A stretch of 63,710 bases of DNA, filler included, from Octopus bimaculoides (lineage: Eukaryota): NCBI RefSeq assembly GCF_001194135.2. It is 4 parts of 4 records of this genome, joined end to end, with 100 filler letters (N's around TTAATTAATTAA, not from the genome) between each part and the next. Parts side by side here need not be neighbours in the genome. Positions count along the whole stretch, not along the records: positions 1 to 28,193 come from NC_068996.1; 3 more parts are not named here. The stretch is one strand, 5' to 3'. The position numbers were made by a program, and so were the translations under genes. Of the stretch, positions 10,299-22,703 are shown in pieces. A model generated the notes under the pieces. That model searched no databases, was not told the DNA's origin, and saw nothing but the letters and a program-made list of their open reading frames with translations. The stretch's first letter is position 1, and each line of letters begins with the position of its first letter.

Positions 10299-13010
10299 AT
10301 CGTCGTCGTGGGCGTTTTATCATGCGTCCGATAATTTATTTGGTTTCTTTTTGACTGCTTATTCCTCTCTGTCTGTGTTTATACCTCTGACGACTAATGA
10401 GGCCGATTCTTGCATGGAAGTGTCTATTGCAAAGTTCACAAGGGATTCGTAGCTTTGGTTGTTGCAGCCTCCATTTTCTTTCCTGTCGTTTCTCTTCTTC
10501 TTTCCTCTATCTTTCAGTTTGAACATGTTCTGTCGCAGTGGAAATAGAATGATGCCCTCTGGGCCTCTCCTGAGCTTCAGTGTCCCAGGTTTTGGGATCG
10601 ATTTGAGTCAGTTTTAGGCTTTGCTTCAGCTGGTCGTTGTATCGACGGAGAGGACAGCTACGGATTCTTCTTCCGGTGGGATGTTCACCATATATAATTT
10701 GGACCAGGAGACTTCCACTGCTTCATGCGGTTGAGGCCAATCTGGTATTCTTCGTTGGATGGTGGCGTGTTCATCTTTCATTCTTGCTTCGTGGCCCGCC
10801 CATCTCAGATGATATATCAGGATGCTGCTTTTTGCTCTGTCCAAAACGGAGACATCATTCATTCTATTTGGTACTATTAATAGATCGGAACTTCTGTTAG
10901 TGAAATCGCTCTAGGTTTTTGACGTCACTTCGATAAAGATTTCATGTTTCACGACTGTTTTGTTTTTGTGATTCAGATCTTTGTTCTTAAAGACCTTTTC
11001 GCGAGTTCACCAAACGCGGTATGAGACATTCTTAATCGGTTCTCCACGTCCGTTTCCGATGTGTAGTTATTCGAACGCAAACTTCCTAAGTGTGAAAAGT
11101 GGTTGACTTTCTCTAGTGGCATCTCCGAGATTGTAAAGTTGAGGTCTGAATTTTCCTGACTTAGAACGGGTTGTGCCAGGATTTTTGTCTTTTTGATGTT
11201 GACTTTTAGGCCAAACTGATTGTAAGCATTGGTGAAGCTATTCATCGATTGCTGAAGCTGTTCACTGAAGTAGCAGACCGCTGCATTGTCATCAGCATAC
11301 TGAAATTCAGTGATCTTTTGCTTCCTGATCAGTCATCGTGACTTCAATCTGGCAAGGCTGATCCCCTGTTGTCATATTGACACAATGTTGACTCCTGGAT
11401 TGTCCGAAGGCTGTTTATGAAACATTGCTGCAAGATACACGGAGAAGAGCGTCGGGGCCAAAGCGCATCCTTATTGTAATCCTCCAGTGATGGAGGAAGT
11501 CTTCAGACAGTTGGTTTTGATGGAAGAACGGTTCCAGCCATACTGTCATGTAATCCCTGTACTAGGAAAATGAACTGATCAGGGCAGCCGAAGCGTCGGA
11601 GGATCTTCCACATTGCAGGCCTTGGGACGATATCAAAGGCCTTTTCGAGGTCGTAGAAAACAAGATAGAGAGGTTTTTGTTGTTCTCTACTCTTTTCTTG
11701 TATTTGTCGAGCACAAAAGATCATGTCAGTTGCCGCTCTGGATGGTCGAAATCTACATTGTTATTCGGGTAGGACTTCTTTCGCTATGATTTGGAGACGA
11801 TCTCAAAGCAGCCTCGCAAAGATTTTCCCGGCAGTGGAGAGCAGTAAGATGACACGATAGTTCCCAAAGACCTTTCTATCTCTGTTTTTGAAGTTGGTGA
11901 TAATGACAGCATCTTTGAGGTCGTTGGGAACATGGCGGTCCTTCCACATTCGGAAAATCAATGTGAACAGATTGGTGTTTAATAGTAGTCCACCATATTT
12001 TAGAAGTTCCACTGGGATGTTGTTTGGACCAGGAAACTTCCACTGCTTCATGGTACTCTTCGTTGGATGGTGGCGTGTTCATCCAGTGTCGAGATGGATA
12101 CCTGGGTACGTTCTTCAAGAAATCTTCCGCCACGTTAGAATCTTGGTTCATAAGACTCGAGAAAATGCTCTCTCTCCAGCGTTGAAGGATATTTTGTGGG
12201 TCAGTCAGGATGGTGTTGGAGTCTACTGATTAAAGGGACCCTGTTGTTGATCTCAAGGGCACAAAAAGTTCCTTCGCTCATGCGTAGAAGCGTCTGAGGT
12301 CACGGGCATCAGCATACCTTTGGAGTTCAACGGCTTTTTGTTTCAACCAGTTGTTCTGCATCTCTTTCAATTTTGTTTGGCATTGTCATGAGAGGCGGGC
12401 TTGCCGTTTTGCATCGATCAACTGGCTGATTTCTTGATCATTGTCATCAAACCAGTTCTGATGTCTCCTTTTGCCGTATCCGAGTGTGTTTTCAGCCATT
12501 TCAGTGATGATGGTTTTTCGAAATGTGATCCATTCCTTATCCACATCCTGGTTGTCAGAAGGGACGGATTGAAGGTGTTTGAGAATGGAAGATGCATAAA
12601 GGGAGTTGATTTATACCTTCTTCTGGAAAGGGAAAGGAGAAAGAAAAATTCACGGAGTTGCTTTTGTTGTAAAATCCAAGCTTGTGAAGGAACACTATCT
12701 GAAACATTCTGCCATCAATGAACGGCTTATGAATACCGATCTCTGCTACCACAATTATGACACTGATCTCTGATTACGCACGTACACTTGATGCCAATGA
12801 CAATGTGAAAAACACCGACCAACAGCTGAGTGATCTGATCCTAAATGTACCACCAGATGACAAGCTCCTCCTCGAGGATTTCAATGCAAGAGTGGGGAGA
12901 GACAACAGACTGTGGGAGAATGTTATTAACAAAGACGGAGTCGAAGGTTGTAATGAAAATGGACTCTTGCTCCTTGTGCTGTGCGATGAATACTCCCTTC
13001 ATCACCCCTC
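10299..13010 (-). mobile_element. RTE/BovB-clade LINE, degenerate ORF2 with the 5' endonuclease segment (12757-13010) inverted onto the plus strand
   Basis: Minus strand: KRRHQNWFDDND; FPGPNNIPVELLK; NYRVILLLSTAGKIFAR; MIFCARQIQEKSREQQKPLYLVFYDLEKAFD; FGLKVNIKKTK; HLRWAGH; C-terminal RIGLIS. Plus strand: TLISDYARTLD…EDFNARVGRD…NENGLLLL (APE motifs). Confidence 0.92.
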
Positions 13011-13056
13011 CTAAATATATATATCAATTTAATACTCAATCAAAAGATCTAGTAAA

Positions 13057-13901
13057 AGTTTCATGCTTTTATGATACATAAACAGGCATACTTATTAAAT
13101 ACTCTATGCATCTCCAAGCAATCTCTCAGGTAATTTTTATGTGTTATATATATTTTGAAAAACAAGGACGCTGGACAGAAAGAAAATAAGAAAAAACGTG
13201 GAAAAAACGCGAAGAAGGTTGGTACAAAAAATGAAACGAGAATCAAGAAAACTAAGATCAAAAGGAACTAAATCTCTGACCTCAGGTGGATATTTATGGA
13301 TTTTCAAGTCATAACGTTCCGTAATAGTAGATGTTAGCGATGCATCAAAAGATAAAGTCTATCATCTCATCTTCAACTTTCCTTAGAAGTAACCTAAGAT
13401 ATAGTTTATTTGCTGGTATAGGTATATCTTTTTATGGAGTAATCCATTGAATATAGATCCATAATAGTGTATATACATTTTTGAAGAAGTGTTAGAGTGA
13501 GCCAACTTTACGTGGCTATACGCCAAACAATATGGAAATTGAATTTGCAGTAGAAACCCACGTATTTGGAGGTATATATACTATCAAATTTTCTATATCT
13601 TAGGTTGCTTTTAGAGAAAGTTGAAGAGCTCGTGCGACAGATGAGGTGGAAGGCTTTATTTTTTTATGTATCGCTAACATCTACTTTCATGGAACGTTAT
13701 GATTTAAAAGCTCAAATATTCACCCAAGATAAATAATTTAGCTCCTTTTGATCTTAGTTTTCTTGATTCTCGTTTCATTTTTTGCTCCAACCTTCTTCAC
13801 GTTTTTTACACATTTTTTTCTTATTTTCTCACAGTCCAGCACCCTTGTATTTTAAAATATACATAACCATGCCTGTTCAAGTATCATAAAATCATGAAAC
13901 T
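13057..13901. mobile_element. Foldback/MITE-like element with about 310-350-bp inverted arms (13057-13404 and 13593-13901)
   Basis: Arms are reverse complements, e.g. GAAACGAGAATCAAGAAAACTAAGATCAAAAGGA vs TCCTTTTGATCTTAGTTTTCTTGATTCTCGTTTC; about 190-bp spacer with no ORF. Confidence 0.85.
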
Positions 13902-13921
13902 AACAGTAGCTCTTTCGGTTG

Positions 13922-13922
13922 A

Positions 13923-13975
<53 letters not shown>

Positions 13976-13976
13976 G

Positions 13977-14065
<89 letters not shown>

Positions 14066-14080
14066 TTATTTATTTATTTA
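13922..14080. repeat. Compound (TATC)n(TGTC)n(TATT)n microsatellite
   Basis: Directly visible. Confidence 0.95.
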
Positions 14081-14084
14081 GAGC

Positions 14085-14250
14085 AGTACATGAAATGTTG
14101 TCAATTCCAACTCTTGTGTTGAAATCTCCCAGCTTGTCAAAAATTGGTACTCTCAAGAATTGTACTAGATCATCATAAAATTTTCCTACAGTTTCATCAG
14201 ACTGAGATATTGTTGGTGCATACTTACAACGGTAAGAAATCTACCTTTTG
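14085..14250 (-). mobile_element. RTE-like APE endonuclease fragment
   Basis: Minus strand, frameshifted: GRFLTVVS/YAPTISQSDETVGKFYDDLVQFLRV…GDFNTRVGID. Confidence 0.7.
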
Positions 14251-14297
14251 TTAGTTATACACATACACATACATACATACATATATATACGTAGATT

Positions 14298-14357
<60 letters not shown>

Positions 14358-14409
14358 TAATAGTAATTTAAAAGCATAAAGCTTATAAGCAATCACCGTG
14401 GCTTACAAG

Positions 14410-14609
14410 AAAATAGTCTCATAATAGGACATATAAAGGTCTCATAATAGGACATATAATAGTCTCATAATAGGACATAATAAAGAAAATACTCTCATAA
14501 TAGGACATATAAGACCTCGATAGAAAAATGGTAGGCTTTCCCGTACGCGTGGGACCCGAACCTGTCTTTGTTTGCGTGATAAATGTGCTAACCATTTACA
14601 CCAACGTAC
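14410..14609 (-). pseudogene. Degenerate tRNA-like head (14543-14609, Val-like) followed by a roughly 22-bp minisatellite (TCTCATAATAGGACATA x5)
   Basis: Minus strand GTACGTTGGTGTAAATGGTTAGCAC…CACGCAAA…GGTTCGGGTCCCACGCGTAC: acceptor-stem and D-arm remnants plus a B-box; anticodon and T arms are damaged. Confidence 0.5.
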
Positions 14610-14721
14610 AACCTCGCTTGTTTCTGTCAGATTTAAGAACATTATTAGACAATGATTGTCTGGAATTCAAAGCATGAGGAGAAAGTGAAGTATGAGAGAA
14701 TTAGGAAGGAACCTATTTATA

Positions 14722-14851
14722 GTGGCTGTGTGGTAAGTAGCTTGCTTACCAACCACATGATTCCGGCTTCAGTCTCGGCTACTATAGCGTCGGAGTGACC
14801 AAAGCATTGTGAGTGGAATTAGATGACGGAAACGGAAAGAAGCCCGTCGTA
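14722..14851 (+). mobile_element. SINE family A head, internally deleted
   Basis: GTGGCTGTGTGGTAAGTAGCTTGCTTACCAACCACATG…GGAAACGGAAAGAAGCCCGTCGTA. Confidence 0.85.
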
Positions 14852-15224
14852 TTCTGGCAAAACTGTGTAGCAACAGATCGCCAGCAATTGCTTCATCACA
14901 AATTGCCGTCCTAGCTCCTGCAAAAAAGGATTACCTTCTAATTATGATCATGGCAGCGCAAAAAGTTGTTTTGCACAAGCATTTCTATAGCCAATTAGAC
15001 AGATGAAATTTACGTACGCTTAATAATGTTACGCAAAACAGCCTTCAGACTTTCCCTATTAATTTCATCGTCTTTTGAATTATGAACATATTTACATCAT
15101 AAGGGGTTTTTCGTTGTAAGGCTTTCTTTTTTAGTAGATTTTCACCTAGCAAGACTTATCAGAGATGGCGTAATAAGTCACACCCGGACAAGATCGGGTT
15201 ATACTGCTAGTATATATATATATG

Positions 15225-15560
15225 CCAGAGTAATCACATACATGTGAAAGAAGGTCGGAAAAACGTACTCGAATACCGGAAGTAGAGTAATATCCTTTAT
15301 TTTCTTTAATTTAATACATTTTTATGTCATTTTTTATTTTGATTATATTTCCTCTTTGTATATTTACAGTCTCAACTTGCATACTTCGGAAAGACTGTTG
15401 ATGAAAGAACCAATCAAATTCGAGTGTGTATCTGTTAATGTGAATTATATCAAGATATGAATTATATGCACAACCTTAGTTCGTATTCCATTCTGAATCA
15501 CAACTTCCCGATGTACGGGAACGTAAAATTCATTTTTGTTACGTTTTTGCTGTTTTAATA
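15225..15560. mobile_element. Penelope-type pLTR remnant with a broken hammerhead (15508-15528, plus) and a probable inverted tail piece (15225-15300)
   Basis: CCGATGT-ACG ggaa CGT-AAAA with stem II intact. Upstream and downstream blocks match 4870-5065. (TA)n lies on both sides. Confidence 0.5.
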
Positions 15561-16509
15561 ATGAAGTATATATATATATATNNNNNNNNNNNNNNNNNNN
15601 NNNNNNNNNNNNNNNNNNNNNNNNNNNNNNNNNNNNNNNNNNNNNNNNNNNNNNNNNNNNNNNNNNNNNNNNNNNNNNNNNNNNNNNNNNNNNNNNNNNN
15701 NNNNNNNNNNNNNNNNNNNNNNNNNNNNNNNNNNNNNNNNNNNNNNNNNNNNNNNNNNNNNNNNNNNNNNNNNNNNNNNNNNNNNNNNNNNNNNNNNNNN
15801 NNNNNNNNNNNNNNNNNNNNNNNNNNNNNNNNNNNNNNNNNNNNNNNNNNNNNNNNNNNNNNNNNNNNNNNNNNNNNNNNNNNNNNNNNNNNNNNNNNNN
15901 NNNNNNNNNNNNNNNNNNNNNNNNNNNNNNNNNNNNNNNNNNNNNNNNNNNNNNNNNNNNNNNNNNNNNNNNNNNNNNNNNNNNNNNNNNNNNNNNNNNN
16001 NNNNNNNNNNNNNNNNNNNNNNNNNNNNNNNNNNNNNNNNNNNNNNNNNNNNNNNNNNNNNNNNNNNNNNNNNNNNNNNNNNNNNNNNNNNNNNNNNNNN
16101 NNNNNNNNNNNNNNNNNNNNNNNNNNNNNNNNNNNNNNNNNNNNNNNNNNNNNNNNNNNNNNNNNNNNNNNNNNNNNNNNNNNNNNNNNNNNNNNNNNNN
16201 NNNNNNNNNNNNNNNNNNNNNNNNNNNNNNNNNNNNNNNNNNNNNNNNNNNNNNNNNNNNNNNNNNNNNNNNNNNNNNNNNNNNNNNNNNNNNNNNNNNN
16301 NNNNNNNNNNNNNNNNNNNNNNNNNNNNNNNNNNNNNNNNNNNNNNNNNNNNNNNNNNNNNNNNNNNNNNNNNNNNNNNNNNNNNNNNNNNNNNNNNNNN
16401 NNNNNNNNNNNNNNNNNNNNNNNNNNNNNNNNNNNNNNNNNNNNNNNNNNNNNNNNNNNNNNNNNNNNNNNNNNNNNNNNNNNNNNNNNNNNNNNNNNNN
16501 NNNNNNNNN

Positions 16510-16544
<35 letters not shown>

Positions 16545-18289
16545 GTAAATATGCATATATATATACATATACACCCCTACACAATACACAAATACGTATA
16601 TATATAAACAATACTTACACATGCATATTCGTATGCATGTATTATATAGACAACAACCTGAATGTTATGTGTGTGTTTGAAGTAATTTAGAAAATAATGC
16701 AATTAATTAAAAATTACATGTCATCTAATATAATTAATTAGAAAAAATTACTGCCAGTATTTGTTTTCTGTTGTGTATGTTGAAAATTGGTTGATTTGGC
16801 AATTTCGAAAATAATAAAGTAATCATGAATGATTATGCACAAAATAATTAAAACTTTCTTTGGAAACCACTTCGTTTGTTGAAATGTGTCTTTTGAAAAA
16901 TATTTGTATCAAATTTACAGGTGTTTTCCGGATGTGCACAAATTTTATTGTGTGCAAGGAATATTACTGCTTTTGTGAGAAGTATGACCATCTTGGTGTG
17001 GATTACATTTTTTATATGTGTATATTTACAAGAGACAAAACAATATTTTATGAGACGAATGAAATTACAAGAACTGTAAATAGTACATTGAAGTATTATT
17101 GATCTCCCATAACTAACTGTTTCCTCCTACAGTTCATAATTCGTATGAAAAATGCCCTTAACAACAAACAAAACTCCAGCATAACTAAACATTAGAATCC
17201 CTAGATCTGAAAATGGCACTTTTCTTACCGATGTATTAGTCGTAACTGTATACAATTTATTATGGAAGATCAGCAATATGGCAGTGAAATGACATACTGT
17301 TTAGCATTCTTTATATTTTACTTAAAAGTATTTATGAATACCTTTAAGACGTTCAAATCAATGCCTTTTAATATTATCCCAATTACATATTTCAAAATGT
17401 ATCTGTCAAGTCAATATGTATTTATTAAACCATATTTTAAAATGTATTTAAGCCAAATATATGAAGCAGTAAATAAAATCTTTTACGCATTACAATATTT
17501 GTATGATTCTAGTCTAGAAGGGAACACAAAAAAGTCAGCAATTTATTTTCTGTCTCTGGCATTGTGGCGCATTTATGATCAAATCATTCAGCTCTCAACA
17601 GTCAAGTCGCGCTAGCTCAAACCTGATAACACTCATTTCTATGGTATCGAAATTAAACGATGACCATAAATTTAAGTATGAGATAGACTTTTTCTTAATC
17701 CTGATAATAAATGGTATTTTACTGACATAAATTATATTTATTACAGACCTGTAAAGTAATACTAGTTAATGCTAGTATGTTAATATAAAATGCATTAAAA
17801 AGTCGATCTTTGATCTATTGTCATATAATTGTATCCTATTGTCTAGAAACAATAATTAAGTATTTTAGATGGAAGATGTCTATGATATAAGTTATGTCCC
17901 TTTTTAAGCATCAAGTATCAAGACTTAAAAGTATCACATTGGGTCAAATTATCTTAAAACTGATGCAATGTATTTTTAGATAGATATTTTGTAAATAATT
18001 TTTCTTTGTGTACGTTTAATAAACATTTGTTTATCTTTACAATATAATACATTAACTTGTAAAGCATATTTATTTCGTCTGATTTTAATACAAAATGGCC
18101 TAGAGTGACTTATGAAAAGAAAAATGCTAATGTGTCAGTCAATCCGTTTGTAATTGGTCCATCTACAATGATGTGCACCACTTGTGTAAATATATACTTA
18201 GGTCATCTTTAAGGATATACATATGCATGTTTCAATACATATATATTACAGCAACTGACCTGGCTACAATCTCACAGATTGGACTATCT

Positions 18290-18790
18290 GCAATACACAA
18301 GATCACTACAGCAAATAGACCCAAGGTGGGCACCACTGGCAACAACACACACATCACATCGGTACTCGTAAGAGGACTGTTAGCACTTAATAACAGGACA
18401 AAAATCCCTTTCTTGAGAGACCTTGTTGCTTGCAATCAAGCCTTATGCATAGCACTTACGGAGACACACCTGAAACCAGATATAGCAAATGCAGAAATAC
18501 ACATACCACAGTATGTCATATTACGGACCAACAAAAAAGAAAGGAGTCATGGTAGAGTTACTATGTATATCTGCAAGGAACTCACACTCCATGTCCTTTT
18601 GTCATTCAAATTCAGTATGTGACACACTAATTGTATATATAAGACAACTCAGTGTGCTACATATCGCCCTCTAGATGCTCCAAATCATGTACGAACAAGG
18701 ACAGGTGAATTCCCTCCTGAACCTCGCCAAAACACTTTGTACATGGAACAAATAGTAATCCAACCAACCAGGGCAGGTAATTTACTGGAT
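18290..18790 (+). mobile_element. CR1/L2-type LINE APE endonuclease fragment, internally deleted
   Basis: VRGLLALNNRTKIPFLRDL…IALTETHLKPDI.NAEIHIPQYVILRTNKKERSHGRV.MYI…SNSVCDTL…MEQIVIQPTRAGNLLD. Confidence 0.8.
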
Positions 18791-18824
<34 letters not shown>

Positions 18825-21082
18825 AACAAAAATTAAATGGAGCAGCAGTGATTTGGTTTTTATATTTCAAAGATATTCCTGGTCATATTAAATGGAGAAA
18901 TACAACTGACAATCTAACAATTTATTCATGTTATAATATATTATATAATATATAAATATAATGATATATAAGATAAGACAACATAAAACATTATTAAAAA
19001 ATAAAAAAAGACAATATAAAAAGACTTATATACATTATTTGATTTATAATAAATGCATATCCATGTATATAAGTCTCTTCAGAATTTTGGTTCAAGAGAC
19101 AGACGAAATTCCATGTAAAAGGACTGCCACATTGCAAAATATTGATTCAGAATACCTATATTTAGGAGTGTGAGGATTAGCTATTCAAATACATTATAAG
19201 TACCATAAAAGAACAAAAATAACGGACAAAATAATTAAAGAAGATCTACTACTTTCAAAATGTTTCTATATATCTCCAATAATATCAATTCAAATTCATT
19301 TAAGTCGAAAACAATCACTGGCTATTTTAATAATATGTAATGATACAAATATATAAATAAATGAAGCTTCAGAGTCCTACTTAGTTTTAGAGACGGTATT
19401 AAATCATGTAAATCAATATTTATTCTATAAATATGCCTATGCATGTTTGAAAGAACATATTCCTAGTATATGAACTAACTATTTATTTATATGCAATATT
19501 TTCAAATATTTATAATTACTCAAAGAAAATATATATATATTATATATACTGATACAATAATAAAATGATTAAATACAATGACACTTCTCATTTCTTTAAA
19601 AGTTGCTAATATAAATATTATGCAAAGTAACTAACAATAATGGTCCTTATTTAGTTATTTTATCGAAGAGAGAATTCGGTAAAGAAAGTAAACAAAAACT
19701 TAGATCTACGATAATTATAACCTATATCGTTTCTTAGATAAAGATATAATAAACTATAAATATAAATAAAAAATATCAAAATTGTATTAAGTCTTTCAGA
19801 AGTAACTAAATTAGAAGTCACTGGAATAAAGATTATTCAAAGTAACTCACAAATAATAGTCCATATTTATGTAAATTGTTGGAGGGAGAATTCCGTAACT
19901 GTAAATGATCAAAAGCATAAATATAAAATATCTACAATAAATACAACCTTTATTATTTCTTAGATAAAGAGATAATAAACTATAAATAACATGTTTCAAA
20001 ATTTTACTAAATCTTTTCGAAGTAACAAAATTAGGTTGCTGCAATAAGAATACAAACTATAAAGTACATAATATATTATTAAAAAATTATTAAATTTATT
20101 TAGCTTAGTTTGTATCACAATTAACACACATATTTACAATTATTCATGAAATGCTTTAATTATATAGAATAATTGTTGCAATCTACTTATTCATACTTAC
20201 ACAAACAATTTCTAGAACAAATACTAAGTTACTTAGTTTATCAGAGGAAAGAAAAAAATTTATTAGTAAAAGTTTATACATTTATAAATAAATTAGCTAT
20301 TAAATAAAAAAAAAAAACAGAAAAAAAACAACACAAAAAAAACAAAGCAAAAATACGTACTTGGAAATAAATGTTTTTATCACAATATAGGATTATGTAA
20401 AATTATTCATATATTATTATTATCATTGTCATTATCATTAATTATTAAATTAAATGAATGTATTTTTAAAGTATAATCATTTAGCATAATGAAGATAGCT
20501 TATATGTAATCTATAATTAATATTTAACTACGAATATAATGATGTATTTTACAGTAAATATAAATATTTTCACTTGAACTAATACGAAATTTTGAATTAA
20601 TCCACTAAAAAAAAATTTCCAAATGCCCACTTTATTATAGAATTTAAAATGACAAACCTTAAGTCTCAATACATGAAACTTACAAAGGATTCAGTATAAA
20701 AATTAAAAGATAAAATAAAAATTTAACAAAACTTGTTTTTATTCAAACGATAAAATTCAGTTAAAATAAGGAACTTATAAACCGTTCATCATAATAAATA
20801 AATAAATAAATAGATAAATAAATAAATAAATAAATAATTTGGCCGATACATTTAGTATATTTATTCATACATTCATTACATTATTCATACATTAAGTAAT
20901 AAACGTATGTATAAAGTAAATAAACAAATATACGTAAATATACATATATATACATATATGCACACATACATATAGACAAATACACATATACATGTACATA
21001 TACAGATATACACATGTTTATATATACATTTTACATCCATCCATACATACACAAACATATAAATACATGAAAATATGCAAAT

Positions 21083-21155
<73 letters not shown>

Positions 21156-21574
21156 CATATATACATACATCACACATATATATATATACACATACATACA
21201 CACATATATATATATATACACTTATACACGTAGATATACACATAATATATACACCCATATTTATACATACAAAAATACATATACATACACATATATACAT
21301 ATAGAGATGCATATACGCACACATATATATACATATACATGCACAGATACATACCTATGCACACATATATACATATCTAAACACACATAAACACATACAG
21401 ACAGATACATACAAAACATATACATAGATGTATATATTACTACATACAAACACATTGATCTATATATACACATACCCATAAATATACACATATATAGAAA
21501 TTGTGATTGTAGATATGAGGATAAATGTTATTTCAATAATTTTTGTTTGTAAAATAATATTATATATAGATGTA

Positions 21575-22060
21575 GGGTTAATCACTCCTTTACCCATGTG
21601 AGACATGGAGCCTTTACAAACGTCATGTAAAGGACCTCGAACGCTTCCATTAGAGATGCCTGACACACATTCTGAATGTTGGCCGGACCTTAACTCCAGG
21701 TACACAGGAGAGCTGATATCTTAAGTATTGAGGCGATGGTGATCAAGCACCGGTTACGTTGGATTTGACACTTTATAAGATTGAAGGCTGGCAGGATCCA
21801 TAAACAGATGCTATATGGGAAACTTGTTTGTGGAAAGAGACCCCGGCAGAAACAAAGGCTGCTATTCAAAGACTGTGTCAAGCCCTCATTAAAGGCTAGG
21901 AAACCGACTGGGAGAGCAATGCCTGGGGCGTAATTCAAGCAAGGTTTAATGATTCTCCACGCTCGAGTGTCAATAGTTTAAAGACCTGTATCGTGCATGT
22001 GACGAGCAAAATCAAAAAAGGCAGAGGTTGCAGCAGCTGTAAAAAATTTCGTTCTCGTGT
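21575..22060 (+). mobile_element. RTE/BovB LINE 3' fragment
   Basis: LLYPCETWSLYKRHVKDLERFH*RCL…IEAMVIKHRLRW…KQMLYGKL..GKRPRQKQRLLFKDCVK. Confidence 0.85.
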
Positions 22061-22224
22061 GGAGGCAGCAATTGCCCAAAAGGGCGGACATATTAAGTGA
22101 TAAATATTTTTGTTGTATAAATGTTACATTAAAATTATCGTGCTTTTACTTGATTTTACTGTTTTTGTTGTTTTTACTGTATTGTTTTTACTGTCTTGTT
22201 CTCACTGTCCTGTTCTTGTTAACA

Positions 22225-22375
22225 CTTTCATCCTCCGCAAAAAATTCCAAATCCATTCACAAGGCTTTGGTCGGTCCGAGGTTTTAGTAAAAGACGTTTG
22301 CCCAAGGTGCCACTCAGTGGGACTGAGCCTGGAATGATATGGTTAGAAAGCAGCTTCTTATCACAGAGCCTATAT
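22225..22375 (-). mobile_element. SINE family A head
   Basis: Reverse complement of the 43217-43370 region. Confidence 0.8.
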
Positions 22376-22448
22376 GCATATGTGAGTACGCATGCACATC
22401 CATATATACATATATATATATATGTGCACGTTTATGTGTACACACACA

Positions 22449-22703
22449 TATTATATCGTTCTATACGTTGGATATACGAATTTCACGAAGCGGGGATAGG
22501 CACAACTGTCTTCATACGACGCACTTCAAATTACTCCACTAAATACGATACTCCAGTAAATACAAACTCTCAACGACTCTTTACGACTTCTTCGAACTCC
22601 CAACGACTCTTGCGACTTCCCGCCTCAAGCAATATGCTACTTTTTATAAAAGTTCGGCTAGTCCATTCTTCCAATCCCAGTGGTGTCAATGATTCTCGCC
22701 ACA
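22449..22703 (-). repeat. Gypsy 3' LTR
   Basis: Direct repeat of 26643-26861; starts TGTGGCGAGA on the minus strand; carries a small internal expansion. Confidence 0.9.
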
